Part shown: positions 51,754-62,130 of the stretch, one piece after another | How positions within the stretch are numbered: position 1 is the first letter of the stretch | Layout: each line of letters opens with the position of its first letter | Assembly (NCBI GenBank): GCA_029856155.1 | Contig: JAHQWL010000081.1 | Span: 1-64,000 of the forward strand | Origin: Promethearchaeia archaeon | Lineage (GTDB): Archaea > Asgardarchaeota > Lokiarchaeia > Sigyniarchaeales > SOKP01 | Reading direction: 5' to 3' | DNA length: 64,000 bases | Made by a program: the position numbers and the translations under genes | Notes under the pieces: model-generated | Told to the model about the DNA's origin: nothing | The model's database searches: none | What the model saw: only the letters and a program-made list of their open reading frames with translations

Positions 51754-52464
51754 TTAAGTTTTTAAACCTAGATACATCCAGACAGCAAATGTAGCCATAA
51801 CAACCCTTATAACGCCAATAGCAAGAGGAAGAGTAAGAATTGAATCTAAAGCTCCACATAGGACAAAAATTATGAAACCAATCGATAAATAGGTAAATTT
51901 TTTCCTTAATAAACCTGTTGCTTGTTTTGCCTTTACTGCCATTCCAATTCCTAAGAAGATTAACGATGTCACTAGAAATGCAGCCACCATAATAAACGTT
52001 GGATGAGTTTTATTAAAACCTGCATCAATTAGACCATCAACGGGGGGTCTAACTTCGATAAATTCAAATGATTGCCCAGGATTTGGCTGAGTCCATAGAA
52101 AAAATTCAAATATTGCACCCAAAACTATAAAAATCCCAACCAAAACCCATTTATACTTCGGTATCAGAAGTTCCCCACCTAGATACATAGCAAAAAACAG
52201 AGCTGGTGCGACCCAAGTGTAACTTAAAAATACATAAATTACTACAGGACTAATATTTGTATCTGTAATTAATTTGAAAAAGAAATCAGATGTTGGTCCG
52301 AGCCATAAGAAACCAACGAAAATCATAACTAAACCCGCGAAAGTAAGTAGTTTTGCTTTCAGTTTTATTGATTTATAGATAGAAAACAAACCAAAAATAA
52401 CCGAGGAAAAAACTATTAGGGAAGCAGTTATCCCATCCAGCCAACCTTCAAAAACGATTGCCAT
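51754..52464 (-). CDS. Stand-alone 7-TM membrane protein, paralog A
   Basis: Seven hydrophobic helices; highly similar to 52790-53488. Confidence 0.8.
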   Translation of the reverse strand: MAIVFEGWLDGITASLIVFSSVIFGLFSIYKSIKLKAKLLTFAGLVMIFVGFLWLGPTSDFFFKLITDTNISPVVIYVFLSYTWVAPALFFAMYLGGELLIPKYKWVLVGIFIVLGAIFEFFLWTQPNPGQSFEFIEVRPPVDGLIDAGFNKTHPTFIMVAAFLVTSLIFLGIGMAVKAKQATGLLRKKFTYLSIGFIIFVLCGALDSILTLPLAIGVIRVVMATFAVWMYLGLKT

Positions 52465-52601
52465 TTGTATTTATACCCCTTTTTTATAAAAATTCAATTC
52501 AATTATAAAATTATATATTTATTTAACTTAATTCTATTTATAATTATGTTTTTTGATGTAATATAAGAATATAATATATACTGAACAACTAAATTAAGAT
52601 C

Positions 52602-52741
52602 TCTATTTCAAATGATATCCATTCGAATTTATCTAATTGCTCAGATTTAACTAACTCGCAGAAACTTGATTTCTGCAATAATAGAAATATTTTATAAAAT
52701 TTTATCTAAAGGAATTCTTAATGCAACTTAAAAAAACCTAA
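52602..52741 (+). repeat. Diverged duplicate of 51516-51656 (3' gene stub)
   Basis: tttcaaatgatatcca...gatttaactaac.cgcagaaacttgatttctg.aataat shared between copies. Confidence 0.85.
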
Positions 52742-52789
52742 TTTTAAATTAAACAAATTAAAAAAAAAGAAAAAATATTTTAATTTTTC

Positions 52790-53488
52790 TTATGTTTTAA
52801 GTCCTAAGTACATCCATAAAGCGAAAGTAGCCATAACGACTCTAATAACTCCTATAGCAAGAGGTAATGTAAGAATTGAATCTAAAGCACCGCATATTAC
52901 AAATATTATATTTGCTATAGACAAATATGTAAATTTTCTTCTTAATTGCCCTGTAGATTGCTTCGCTTTTATTGCAAAACCAATACCTAAAAACACAAGT
53001 GCGGATACTAGAAAAACAGCGACCATTAAAAATGTTGGATGAGTTCGTACAAAACTTGCATCTATTAAATCTTCACCTGGTTTTGCTAATTCCCATGTAA
53101 ATGATGCATCTGTTTGAAACCATAAGAAGTATTCAAAGATTAATCCCAAGACTATAAAAATCCCTATTAAAGTCCATTTTCCTTTTGGAAAAATTAATTC
53201 ACCTCCAAGATAGATCGCACAGACTAAAGCAGGGGCAACCCACAGATAGCTTAATAAGGAATACACTTCAATTGGAGCAATATTCTCACCGGTCAATAAA
53301 ACCATAAAAAGATCTACTGTTGGTCCTAACCATAAACAACCAACAAAAAACATCATTAATGCTGCTACAGAAAGAAGTTTAGCTTTTAATTTTATTGATT
53401 TGTATAATGATAATAACCCAAAAATCACTGAAGAAAGAATAATTAATGTTGCTGTCGATCCATCTAACAATCCTTCAAAGGAGACCAT
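52790..53488 (-). CDS. Stand-alone 7-TM membrane protein, paralog B
   Basis: Seven hydrophobic helices; identical CGALDSILTLPLAIGVIRVVMATFA segment. Confidence 0.8.
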   Translation of the reverse strand: MVSFEGLLDGSTATLIILSSVIFGLLSLYKSIKLKAKLLSVAALMMFFVGCLWLGPTVDLFMVLLTGENIAPIEVYSLLSYLWVAPALVCAIYLGGELIFPKGKWTLIGIFIVLGLIFEYFLWFQTDASFTWELAKPGEDLIDASFVRTHPTFLMVAVFLVSALVFLGIGFAIKAKQSTGQLRRKFTYLSIANIIFVICGALDSILTLPLAIGVIRVVMATFALWMYLGLKT

Positions 53489-53652
53489 TACATATTACAC
53501 CTTATTTTATAATTCATTTATTCAATTTTTAAAATTAAATATTTATTACTTCTGATTTTATTTATAACTATATTTTTTGATGTAACACAAGAATATAATA
53601 TTTGCTGAATAATTATATTAAGATTATTCTCTTCCTCATAATTTTAAATCAA

Positions 53653-54210
53653 TCATGAAATTTTTTTATAAATGAAAGTAAAAATTTTTTGTTTTTCTCT
53701 CTTATGAGCTAGTATATATTTTTCTTTCAAAATAGAGCTAAAATTTTCGAGTTTATGCCTATGAGATATAATAACTGCTCCTTTTTTTGCCGTTCTGAAT
53801 AGATGTTTAAGATATCTATGCATTGAAGGGAGTGAATAAATGTAAATATAATCGTATTCTTTTAAATTATGCAGAAAGAAATCTCCAAGCTTAATTTTTG
53901 TCTTTTTTAATAGTCTTTTTTTATATTTTCCCTCCTTTTTCAATGATTTGATGCGATTATTTGCTTCTTTTTTTAGGTTTTGATTAATTTCAATTCCATG
54001 GGCTCTAATACAATAATTTAAAACAGTAAAAATTACTATAGTTCCATTTCCCGCTCCTAAATCAATCAATTTTTGATTAGAGGCGTATTTTAAACCAAAT
54101 TTAAGTTCAAGTGTTTTAAATATCTCTCTTAAAAATTCATTATTTGTCTCTGAAAAAGGTAGATCTAATTGCGAATGAAATTTGCCAAAATTCTTTACTT
54201 TCTTTTTCAA
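53653..54210 (-). CDS. Class I SAM-dependent methyltransferase (possibly protein-lysine type)
   Basis: IDLGAGNG, GIEIN, GDFF, YIYIY. Confidence 0.8.
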   Translation of the reverse strand: MKKKVKNFGKFHSQLDLPFSETNNEFLREIFKTLELKFGLKYASNQKLIDLGAGNGTIVIFTVLNYCIRAHGIEINQNLKKEANNRIKSLKKEGKYKKRLLKKTKIKLGDFFLHNLKEYDYIYIYSLPSMHRYLKHLFRTAKKGAVIISHRHKLENFSSILKEKYILAHKREKQKIFTFIYKKIS

Positions 54211-54437
54211 TCTAATATCAATGCCCTTTTAGTTAAAATTTAGGAAGATCTAATATATAATAATTGAAGCTTTTTAATAAATGCCTTATAAAATGGATAT
54301 AAAAATCTTTTATTATTTATTCCGAGTTTTCCTAATATTAAAAGATGTAAATCTCACAAGCCTTTAAGATGTCACTTTAATACGATGTAACCTTTTACTA
54401 TTTTAAAATTTCTTTATGATACATTAATATTCTTGTC

Positions 54438-55433
54438 ATGGCAAATATATTAATAACTGGTGGCACGGGTTTTATTGGAGTACCTTTAGTAAGGAAACTA
54501 CAAAGTTTAGGATATAACTTAAAGTTATTAGTAAGAGAGAGTAGTGATATAACTCCATTTGAAGGATTAAAAAACATTGAATATTTCTATGGTGATGTTC
54601 GAGATATTGAGATTCTTTACAAAGCTGCAGAAAATATAGATTTAATATATCATCTAGCAGCTTATACCAGAATGTGGGCAAAAGACAAGTCAATTATCGA
54701 GGACACTAATGTAAAAGGCACTGAAAATATTGCTCAAATAGCTTTAGAAAAAAAAATTCGCCTCATCTATATCAGTTCTTTTATTGCTTTGGGGGGAACT
54801 CCGATTGATCCTGTGGATGAAACCTATGAGTGTGAGGATGGATTATATCTTGATTATGCAAAGACAAAATTTCAAGCCAAAAAACTAATAAAAGATTTTA
54901 TTAACAAAGATCTTAATGTAACTATATTTTACCCGGGAATAGTCTATGGTCCTGGAGATTTTAATATATTTGGTCAAATAGTTTTAGACATTACGGCAAG
55001 GAAGTTCTTAGGATGCCCTGGAAAAGGAGACAATATCGGAAATTTTGTATATGTGAATGATGTTGTTGATGGAGTTATAAGTGTTATTGATCGAAACGAC
55101 TTAAAAGGCGAAGATTTCATTCTTGGGGGAATTAATATCAAATTTAAGGATTGGTTAGATTTAATTGCTGAAATAGCAGGAAATAAAAAAAATCCACGAC
55201 ATTTTCCAATGAGTTTTGCCAAATTATATGGCTTATTATGTGAATTAAAAACAAAATTGACTAAAACAATGCCATATACCAATAGATCAACCGTTAAAAT
55301 GATTAATCATAATTGGTCATATTCCTCTGAAAAAGCAATTGAAAAATTAGGTTACAAGATTACTCCTTTAAGAGAAGGATTAGAAGAGACGATAAAATGG
55401 TACAAAGAATATATAGAAAAAGAAAAAAATTAG
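54438..55433 (+). CDS. NAD-dependent epimerase/dehydratase (extended SDR)
   Basis: TGGTGFIG, HLAA, YAKTK, VYGPGD. Confidence 0.9.
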   Translation: MANILITGGTGFIGVPLVRKLQSLGYNLKLLVRESSDITPFEGLKNIEYFYGDVRDIEILYKAAENIDLIYHLAAYTRMWAKDKSIIEDTNVKGTENIAQIALEKKIRLIYISSFIALGGTPIDPVDETYECEDGLYLDYAKTKFQAKKLIKDFINKDLNVTIFYPGIVYGPGDFNIFGQIVLDITARKFLGCPGKGDNIGNFVYVNDVVDGVISVIDRNDLKGEDFILGGINIKFKDWLDLIAEIAGNKKNPRHFPMSFAKLYGLLCELKTKLTKTMPYTNRSTVKMINHNWSYSSEKAIEKLGYKITPLREGLEETIKWYKEYIEKEKN

Positions 55434-55451
55434 GAAGAGTGTTTTAAGGAA

Positions 55452-55922
55452 ATGCTGGAAGAAGAAATGACGAGTAAAATTGTAGATAAAGAAGCTTACA
55501 AGACAAAAATTACAAAAAAATACACCACATTTCTATCAAAATATCCTGAAATTTTTTCTGATCTAATTAGTGGGTCAGATTTTGATTTTGCCCTTTATGA
55601 TTCGATTGAAGCATATGATAAGAGAGCTCCTATAGATATTTTTAATGTCTATCGAAATGGAAATGGGATTGAAATAAAACCGGGGAGTGCTATTGATTCA
55701 GATTTGGAACTAGCACTCTCATTAGATGCCGTAGAAAAATTAATCCAAACAAAAACGAGGTTAGAATATGCACAACTTTTAGGATCTTTTTATAATGATC
55801 CAGACGAGAAAAATGGATGGATTGATTTTATGTTGCATAAAAGAACACAAACCTTAATTGATATGGGTTATGGTAAATTTGCTCAAACTGCCGGCATCCT
55901 CAAAGATGAAGACGAGACATAA
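55452..55922 (+). CDS. Hypothetical protein, SCP2-like; paralog of 57481
   Basis: IEIKPG...DLELALSLDAVEKLI, MGYGKF. Confidence 0.55.
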   Translation: MLEEEMTSKIVDKEAYKTKITKKYTTFLSKYPEIFSDLISGSDFDFALYDSIEAYDKRAPIDIFNVYRNGNGIEIKPGSAIDSDLELALSLDAVEKLIQTKTRLEYAQLLGSFYNDPDEKNGWIDFMLHKRTQTLIDMGYGKFAQTAGILKDEDET

Positions 55923-55974
55923 GGTTTGCACTTTTTATTCTATATTTGATATTGAAAAAAACTAATTAAGAATT

Positions 55975-57468
55975 ATGCCAAAATTACAAGAATTAGAAAT
56001 AAAAAATAAGTACACTGGTGAACTTATAAGAACAGTTCCCGCTGATACACCGGAAACAGTTAGAGCAAAAATAAAAAAGATACATAAAAATGAACATCTA
56101 CTAAAAGAGATGGATTTTTTTGAGCGTTCTCAACTTCTTTCTAAATTTGCTACTAAATTACGATTTAAAAAATCCCAATTGAAGGATTTGGTTGTGGCAG
56201 AAGGAGGTTTACCCATTAAGTATTCTGAATGGGAATTAAATATTGTAATGAATGGTTTTAAATTTTGTGATTGGTATTATCAATTCTTAGAAGAAAAACC
56301 ATTAACAAGTATAGAAGGAGAACAACTCGTTAAAATCAGGTACATTCCGCATGGTTTAGCAGCATGCATTTCTCCTCGTAATACTCCTTTAAGTCTTCCT
56401 CTCTATCAATTAGGTGCAAATTATCTAGTAGGAAACGGAGCTATAGTAAAACCCTCTACAGCATGTCCATTAACAATGATAGAAGCTTATTCAATAATGA
56501 AAGAAATGGATTTACCAGCTCTTGAAGCTTTAGATTTAGCTATAGCTCCTGGAGAATGGGCAGTAGATGAATTCATTAAATCACCCTTAATTAAAACTTT
56601 GATGACAATTACTGCATCTCATACAGCAAAGGATATCTTAGCACGTTATGGTAGATTTTTGAAAAAAACCGTCGATAGGTCGATGGGAGTTCCTATGTAT
56701 ACTCAACCATTTAAAAACTTTTTTTTCGAATGTGCTGGTAACGATGCAGGTATAGTAATGGATGATGTAAATTTAGAAAAAGTAGCAAAATGGAATGTCA
56801 TGGCTAGTTATACTAATTCTGGACAACAATGCTTTTCAATGAAAAGAATTATTGTTCATAAAGACATTTATGATGAATATTTAGAATGTCTTGTAAAAGA
56901 AATTCAAAATTTAAAGTATGGAGATCCAACCGATCCAGATGTAGATATTGGTCCTTTAGGGAGTAGGAGAATCTTGATGATGATGGAGGTAATGGTAGAG
57001 GATGCAAAAAAATATAATGCTAAAATCTTTACGGGAGGTGAAAAAATCGATACAGGGGAGGATTATGGGTTGTTTTACACACCAACTCTAGTTGAGATTA
57101 AACCAGAATTGTGTGAAGATTTATTAAAGGCTCCATTTCTATGGAGAGAGGAAGCATTTGGACCTGTCCGTTCTATTACTAAAGCTAATGACATAAAAGA
57201 TGCAATAAGATTAGCAAACGCGAGTAACTATGGTATGAGGGCAGTTGTTTACACATCAAATTTGAAAAATATCGAGACTTTTAAGAATGATTTAGAAGCA
57301 GCGAATATTTATATAAATGCAAGACCCATGCTTGTTGATATTACCGTTTCATTAGGGGGAATTAAAGATTCTGCTTATCCCGCAGGTTGTAAATATTACC
57401 CTCAGGAATTAGTTTATGGAAAATACATCTACGATGGGACTCCAATAAATTTAGAGAAAATTAAATAA
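55975..57468 (+). CDS. Aldehyde dehydrogenase family protein (divergent)
   Basis: SPRN.P, VKPS, ECAGND, SGQQC, EEAFGPV, NASNYGM. Confidence 0.9.
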   Translation: MPKLQELEIKNKYTGELIRTVPADTPETVRAKIKKIHKNEHLLKEMDFFERSQLLSKFATKLRFKKSQLKDLVVAEGGLPIKYSEWELNIVMNGFKFCDWYYQFLEEKPLTSIEGEQLVKIRYIPHGLAACISPRNTPLSLPLYQLGANYLVGNGAIVKPSTACPLTMIEAYSIMKEMDLPALEALDLAIAPGEWAVDEFIKSPLIKTLMTITASHTAKDILARYGRFLKKTVDRSMGVPMYTQPFKNFFFECAGNDAGIVMDDVNLEKVAKWNVMASYTNSGQQCFSMKRIIVHKDIYDEYLECLVKEIQNLKYGDPTDPDVDIGPLGSRRILMMMEVMVEDAKKYNAKIFTGGEKIDTGEDYGLFYTPTLVEIKPELCEDLLKAPFLWREEAFGPVRSITKANDIKDAIRLANASNYGMRAVVYTSNLKNIETFKNDLEAANIYINARPMLVDITVSLGGIKDSAYPAGCKYYPQELVYGKYIYDGTPINLEKIK

Positions 57469-57480
57469 TTTTAATGCACA

Positions 57481-57888
57481 ATGGATACTGAAGAATTATT
57501 CAAAAAATTGAAGGGTTATTTTTCAACTAATCTGGATTTAATGAGACATCTTAATGTACACGCATGTTGGGAATATATTATTGCTACAAATTCTACGAAT
57601 GAAGAAAATTTCAAACTACACTATTTTTTGTATAAAGAACAAGAGAAAAAATTGGAAATAACGAAAGATAATCCAAATATTAAACCAGATTTAATTTTAT
57701 ATTTTACTGAAAAAGCAATATTGGATTTAATTAAAGGAGATCCGAGTGCTGAAGAATATTATTCTCGGTATCGTGAACTAATGAATAATTCTAAACCTGG
57801 AATTGAAGTGGATAATAAAGTGAATAAACCTCGATTGAAACTATGGCAAATGGGATATAAAAAGTGGCAGTCTGATTTTAAATTTTAA
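57481..57888 (+). CDS. Hypothetical protein, SCP2-like; paralog of 55452
   Basis: LEITKD...PDLILYFTEKAILDLI, MGYKKW. Confidence 0.55.
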   Translation: MDTEELFKKLKGYFSTNLDLMRHLNVHACWEYIIATNSTNEENFKLHYFLYKEQEKKLEITKDNPNIKPDLILYFTEKAILDLIKGDPSAEEYYSRYRELMNNSKPGIEVDNKVNKPRLKLWQMGYKKWQSDFKF

Positions 57889-58014
57889 AACAATTAATTT
57901 AATCATTTACGTCCTTATTTTAATCTAACAATTTTAGATTCTATTTAACATTTTAAAGAGTAATTTTTATATTAGTTAATATCACAATTAATTCTATTGA
58001 TATTAATTAAATAA

Positions 58015-59442
58015 TTGGTTAAAATGAATAAAGAAGATATTTGTTTTATGTCTGCTTATGACATGAAAGACGCAATAATAAGACAAGAATTAACTTCACA
58101 AGAAATTACAGAGATAATAATTGAAAGGATCGAAAAAATAAATCCAATTATTAACGCATATTGCACTCCAACCCTCGATATCGCGAGGGAACTCGCAAAA
58201 AATGCAGATGAAGCTGTTAAAAGGGGTGAAAAACTAGGTTTATTACATGGAATTCCTACCTCCATTAAAGATTTATTTTTAACTAAGGATATTAGAACTA
58301 CTTTTGGAAGTATGATTTATGAACATAATGTTCCTGAGCGAGATGATGTCGTCGTAAAACGCTTAAAAAAAGCAGGAATTGTACTTCTTGGAAAAACAAA
58401 TACACCCGAATTTGGATATGCTGGTGTTACACATAATTTTGTTTTTGGCAAATCTCGGAATCCTTGGAATACAGATAGAATACCTGGCGGTTCAACTGGA
58501 GGTGGAGCTGCTGCTGTAGCTTCAGGTTTAGGACCATTGGCTTTAGGAAATGATGGTGGTGGTTCAATAAGGATCCCCGCTAGTTGTTGTGGTGTTTTTG
58601 GGCATAAGACAAGTTTCGGGAGAGTTCCAGTCTATCCTAGAACAGAACTTCATGCTGAATCTTATGTTCATGTAGGACCTATAGTAAGATATGTAAGGGA
58701 TGCCGCTTTAATGTTAGATGCAATAAAAGGACCTCACGATGGAGATAGGTACAGCCTACCTGAGGAAAAAATCAATTATTCTGATTCCGTTTCAGAAAAA
58801 CCAGATAAATTAAAAATTGGGTATTCCTTAGATTTAGGATATGCGAAAGTGATTGACCCTGACGTTGAGAAAAATGTTATTAACTCAGCTGAAAAATTTG
58901 AAGAATTGGGTTGGACTGTTGAAAAGGCGACCTTCAAAATGAGAAAACCAGAGGTACCATTCTACACATTATATACTGCTGATTATGCATTTGATTTAAA
59001 GTCGAAATTAAATGAATGGAGAGAGAAAATTGATCCCGAATTAATGAAAATGGTGGACGCGGGGTCTGGGTATTCTGCATTTGATGTAATGAAAGCTATG
59101 AGTCAACGCACCAAGATTTATGAGACTTTCTATAAATACTTCAAAAACTTTGATATTCTAATAACTCCAACAATAGCTATTCCTCCTTTTGAGTTAGGAA
59201 TTATGTTTCCACCAAAAATCAATGGAAAAAATGTATCACCCACAGCATGGATGCCATTTTCCTTCCCTTTTAATTTAACAGGTCATCCTGCGGCATCTAT
59301 TCCTTGTGGTTGGTCCAGTGGAGGGTTACCGACAGGTATGCAAATTGTTGGGAATAGATTCAATGATCTACTCGTTTTACAAGTATCTCAAGCTTTCGAA
59401 GAATTAGCGCCTTGGCAAGATAAAAAACCTAAATTTGAATAA
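58015..59442 (+). CDS. Amidase signature family enzyme
   Basis: IKD, GKTNTPEFG, PGGSTGG, GNDGGGSIRIPA. Confidence 0.93.
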   Translation: MVKMNKEDICFMSAYDMKDAIIRQELTSQEITEIIIERIEKINPIINAYCTPTLDIARELAKNADEAVKRGEKLGLLHGIPTSIKDLFLTKDIRTTFGSMIYEHNVPERDDVVVKRLKKAGIVLLGKTNTPEFGYAGVTHNFVFGKSRNPWNTDRIPGGSTGGGAAAVASGLGPLALGNDGGGSIRIPASCCGVFGHKTSFGRVPVYPRTELHAESYVHVGPIVRYVRDAALMLDAIKGPHDGDRYSLPEEKINYSDSVSEKPDKLKIGYSLDLGYAKVIDPDVEKNVINSAEKFEELGWTVEKATFKMRKPEVPFYTLYTADYAFDLKSKLNEWREKIDPELMKMVDAGSGYSAFDVMKAMSQRTKIYETFYKYFKNFDILITPTIAIPPFELGIMFPPKINGKNVSPTAWMPFSFPFNLTGHPAASIPCGWSSGGLPTGMQIVGNRFNDLLVLQVSQAFEELAPWQDKKPKFE

Positions 59443-59478
59443 TTTTTTTCAAATTAATTTAATCTTTTTTTGAAATAT

Positions 59479-60567
59479 TTAAAATGACTTCATATTAGAA
59501 GTAGTTATATAAGAGGAATCTCCTATTGTAATGCTTTTCTTAATTAAATCCTCTAATATCGAATAATCACCGACAATACTCTCTGAAGAAATAATTTTTT
59601 TTAATTTTGCTCCATCCCCTATTACCGATTCAGATAATATACATTTTTCTAAAACTACATCATCTCCTATAGATACATTTGGCCCTATAACTGAATCAGT
59701 AATTTTTGTATTTTCACCAATAAAAACGGGTGCAACGATTTTTGAATCAACTATATTATTAGATTGAAATAATTTCTCGTATGTGGGATCTTCTCCTTTG
59801 ATTTCTGCTAGTAATAGACGATTTCCTGCGATTAAAGTTTCAGGTCGACCAAAATCTAATATATCTCCTTTCATTTCATTTATTTTTAATTTAAACCCTT
59901 CTTCGACTAATTCTTGAATAATTGGTGTTATATGATGCTCCTGTCCATTTTCTAATGGAATTTCACTTTGTTTTTCTAACAACTCAAATAATCGGGATAT
60001 CATACTCATTCCAAATAAATATGCTCCTGATACCGCATAATTTGATTTAGGTTGGTCTGGTTTTTCAACAATATTTTTCACCGTACCATTTTCATCTAAT
60101 TCAATTACTCCGTAAAATTGCGGATTTTCTACTTGTTTAACATTCACAACACCATCACAAATATCTTGATGAAAATTCAATAAGATTTGTGAGTAATCTT
60201 CAATAGGAAGCCTATCACTCAAAAATATGAAACAATCATCATTTTTGGCAAGATCTTTGGCCAATAAAATAGCATCTCCAAGACCACTAAAGAATGGTGT
60301 ATCTGCTTCATATCCTAATGGTTTTTGCTTGATAAAGTGGAGATTAAAATAATCTGAATGATTATTTTTAAGATATTCGGTTATTTGTCGTTTTTTATAA
60401 CCAACTATGAAACAAATGTTAGTTCCTTTAGGAAACGAGTTTTTCAATTTTATAAGAATATGATCAATTAATCTTTTTCCAGCTATTTTCAAAAACGCCT
60501 TTGGCTTAGAATATGTAAAAGGTTGTAATCTTCTACCCACGCCAGCAATAGGACAGATAAGCCACAT
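59479..60567 (-). CDS. Glucose-1-phosphate thymidylyltransferase-like nucleotidyltransferase (long form)
   Basis: AGVGRRLQP.T...PK, GLGDA, VEKP, DFGRP, C-terminal left-handed beta-helix. Confidence 0.88.
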   Translation of the reverse strand: MWLICPIAGVGRRLQPFTYSKPKAFLKIAGKRLIDHILIKLKNSFPKGTNICFIVGYKKRQITEYLKNNHSDYFNLHFIKQKPLGYEADTPFFSGLGDAILLAKDLAKNDDCFIFLSDRLPIEDYSQILLNFHQDICDGVVNVKQVENPQFYGVIELDENGTVKNIVEKPDQPKSNYAVSGAYLFGMSMISRLFELLEKQSEIPLENGQEHHITPIIQELVEEGFKLKINEMKGDILDFGRPETLIAGNRLLLAEIKGEDPTYEKLFQSNNIVDSKIVAPVFIGENTKITDSVIGPNVSIGDDVVLEKCILSESVIGDGAKLKKIISSESIVGDYSILEDLIKKSITIGDSSYITTSNMKSF

Positions 60568-60655
60568 TTATTACATTCAAAAAAGTGTCTAATTCTTAAT
60601 ATAAAAAATATAAAAATCGATAAAATAAAAAGTATTTTGAAATTTGCTAACAATG

Positions 60656-61201
60656 TTAGAATTTTTTGATTATTTCATCCAAAATCTCATAATATTCTCC
60701 TTCTTTTAGCTTTTCTTGAATAAGACTTTTTAATTTTCTTAAATAATAGTTGTCTGAATTAGTTCTTTTTGTACCATAAATTTTTTTATTTATTGCAACT
60801 CTGGTTTTCTCATCCAGAAGTTTAGGTGGAATTTCTTTATATTTTTTAATAATCTCTCTTTTTTCATCTTTTTCAATTAATTTTTCCTTCTGCTCAATTA
60901 CAGATTGAACTGTTGAATGTAAATTTCTTATCCATATTTCAATTTTATCAATATCTCCTTTTAGATAAGTTCTCTGGTTTAACCAATCCTTAAATTCAAT
61001 CACTTTATTTAAAATCCTATCTTCCTCTAAAATTTTACTGGAGATTTGACTCTTTTTTTTTACCATATCTCGAATTTTCTTCTTTTTTAACTCCTGAACC
61101 TCATCCTTTGTAAGACGCTTAAACGCAGCTTCTCTTTTCATTCTATCTTCTTTTGAATCTTTTTCAGAGAGCCATTTATCAATTGACATTTTAATTCTCA
61201 C
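60656..61201 (-). CDS. Hypothetical basic helical protein
   Basis: 181-aa ORF. Confidence 0.6.
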   Translation of the reverse strand: MRIKMSIDKWLSEKDSKEDRMKREAAFKRLTKDEVQELKKKKIRDMVKKKSQISSKILEEDRILNKVIEFKDWLNQRTYLKGDIDKIEIWIRNLHSTVQSVIEQKEKLIEKDEKREIIKKYKEIPPKLLDEKTRVAINKKIYGTKRTNSDNYYLRKLKSLIQEKLKEGEYYEILDEIIKKF

Positions 61202-61328
61202 TAGTATTAAATGCCTTTGTTAATATTTTATTTTTTATTAAGGATTTAACAGAAACGAAAGTTATCACACTTACGTTTTAATTTGGTTAAATTAAAATTG
61301 AGAATCGATTTTTATTATTATTAACACG

Positions 61329-62099
61329 ATGATGATTAAAGGAGTAATTTTTGATTTTGGTTTTACTTTATTCTATTTTGATAATCCTTCTGTTGAGAGG
61401 TATTATGAATGTTTTAAGAAAGGTTTACTAAAATCAATCGCTAGATTAAAAGAGAAGCAAGTTTGGAATGAAAACTTAACAAATGAAGCATTCGTGAAGA
61501 ATTTTAGTAAAAAAAGAGAGCATTTCTTTAGAAAAAGCCTTAAAACAAAAATGGAATACCCGACTTCTTTGATTTTCCAAAATGTTTTAGAATCACTCAA
61601 GGATGAGGAAATAATCGATAATTTAGATAATTTAACAGAATCTGCATATAACGAATTAGCTGAACTTTATCATTCCTGTGAAGAGGATGAATGGGAACCT
61701 TTTGAAAATACTAAAGAGACATTAGAAGAATTAGGTCTGAAAAATTTGAAACTAGCTTTAATCTCTAATCATCCTAATCATAAAACCATTAAAAATGTGT
61801 TAAAAAAACATGGTTTATTTAAATTTTTTAACGTTGTAGTAACATCTGCTAAATATGGGAAGAGAAAACCAGATCCAAATATCTTCTATCATACATTAAA
61901 GAAAATGGGTTTAGAGAATCAAGGTAATTCTGTAATTATGTGTGGAGATGAATATGCTGACATTATTGGGGCTGAAAGAGCGAACTTGCAATCAATTTTA
62001 TTCGAAAGAAAATATAAATTTCCCTTCGAAAAGGAAATTAATGTATCAAATTTAAGAAAGATCAATAATATTTCAGAAATCTTAGATTTTCTTGAATAA
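61329..62099 (+). CDS. HAD-family hydrolase
   Basis: FDFGFTL, ISN, RKPDPNIF, GD...DI.GA. Confidence 0.9.
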   Translation: MMIKGVIFDFGFTLFYFDNPSVERYYECFKKGLLKSIARLKEKQVWNENLTNEAFVKNFSKKREHFFRKSLKTKMEYPTSLIFQNVLESLKDEEIIDNLDNLTESAYNELAELYHSCEEDEWEPFENTKETLEELGLKNLKLALISNHPNHKTIKNVLKKHGLFKFFNVVVTSAKYGKRKPDPNIFYHTLKKMGLENQGNSVIMCGDEYADIIGAERANLQSILFERKYKFPFEKEINVSNLRKINNISEILDFLE

Positions 62100-62130
62100 T
62101 TTTAAAAAAAAGGCAAGGAGTTTAAAATAA

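Noticed and set aside
51754-53488. 7TM proteins as rhodopsins
   Set aside because: No retinal-binding Lys motif in helix 7
58015-59442. Amidase as GatA partnering the non-discriminating AspRS
   Set aside because: No gatB/gatC adjacent and it reads as a generic amidase-signature enzyme
917-61600. Short alternative-frame ORFs overlapping well-supported genes (e.g. 917, 1813, 3042, 7485, 8001, 8916, 21406, 22073, 25040, 54974, 61403)
   Set aside because: They overlap confident genes, mostly on the opposite strand, and carry no recognisable motifs
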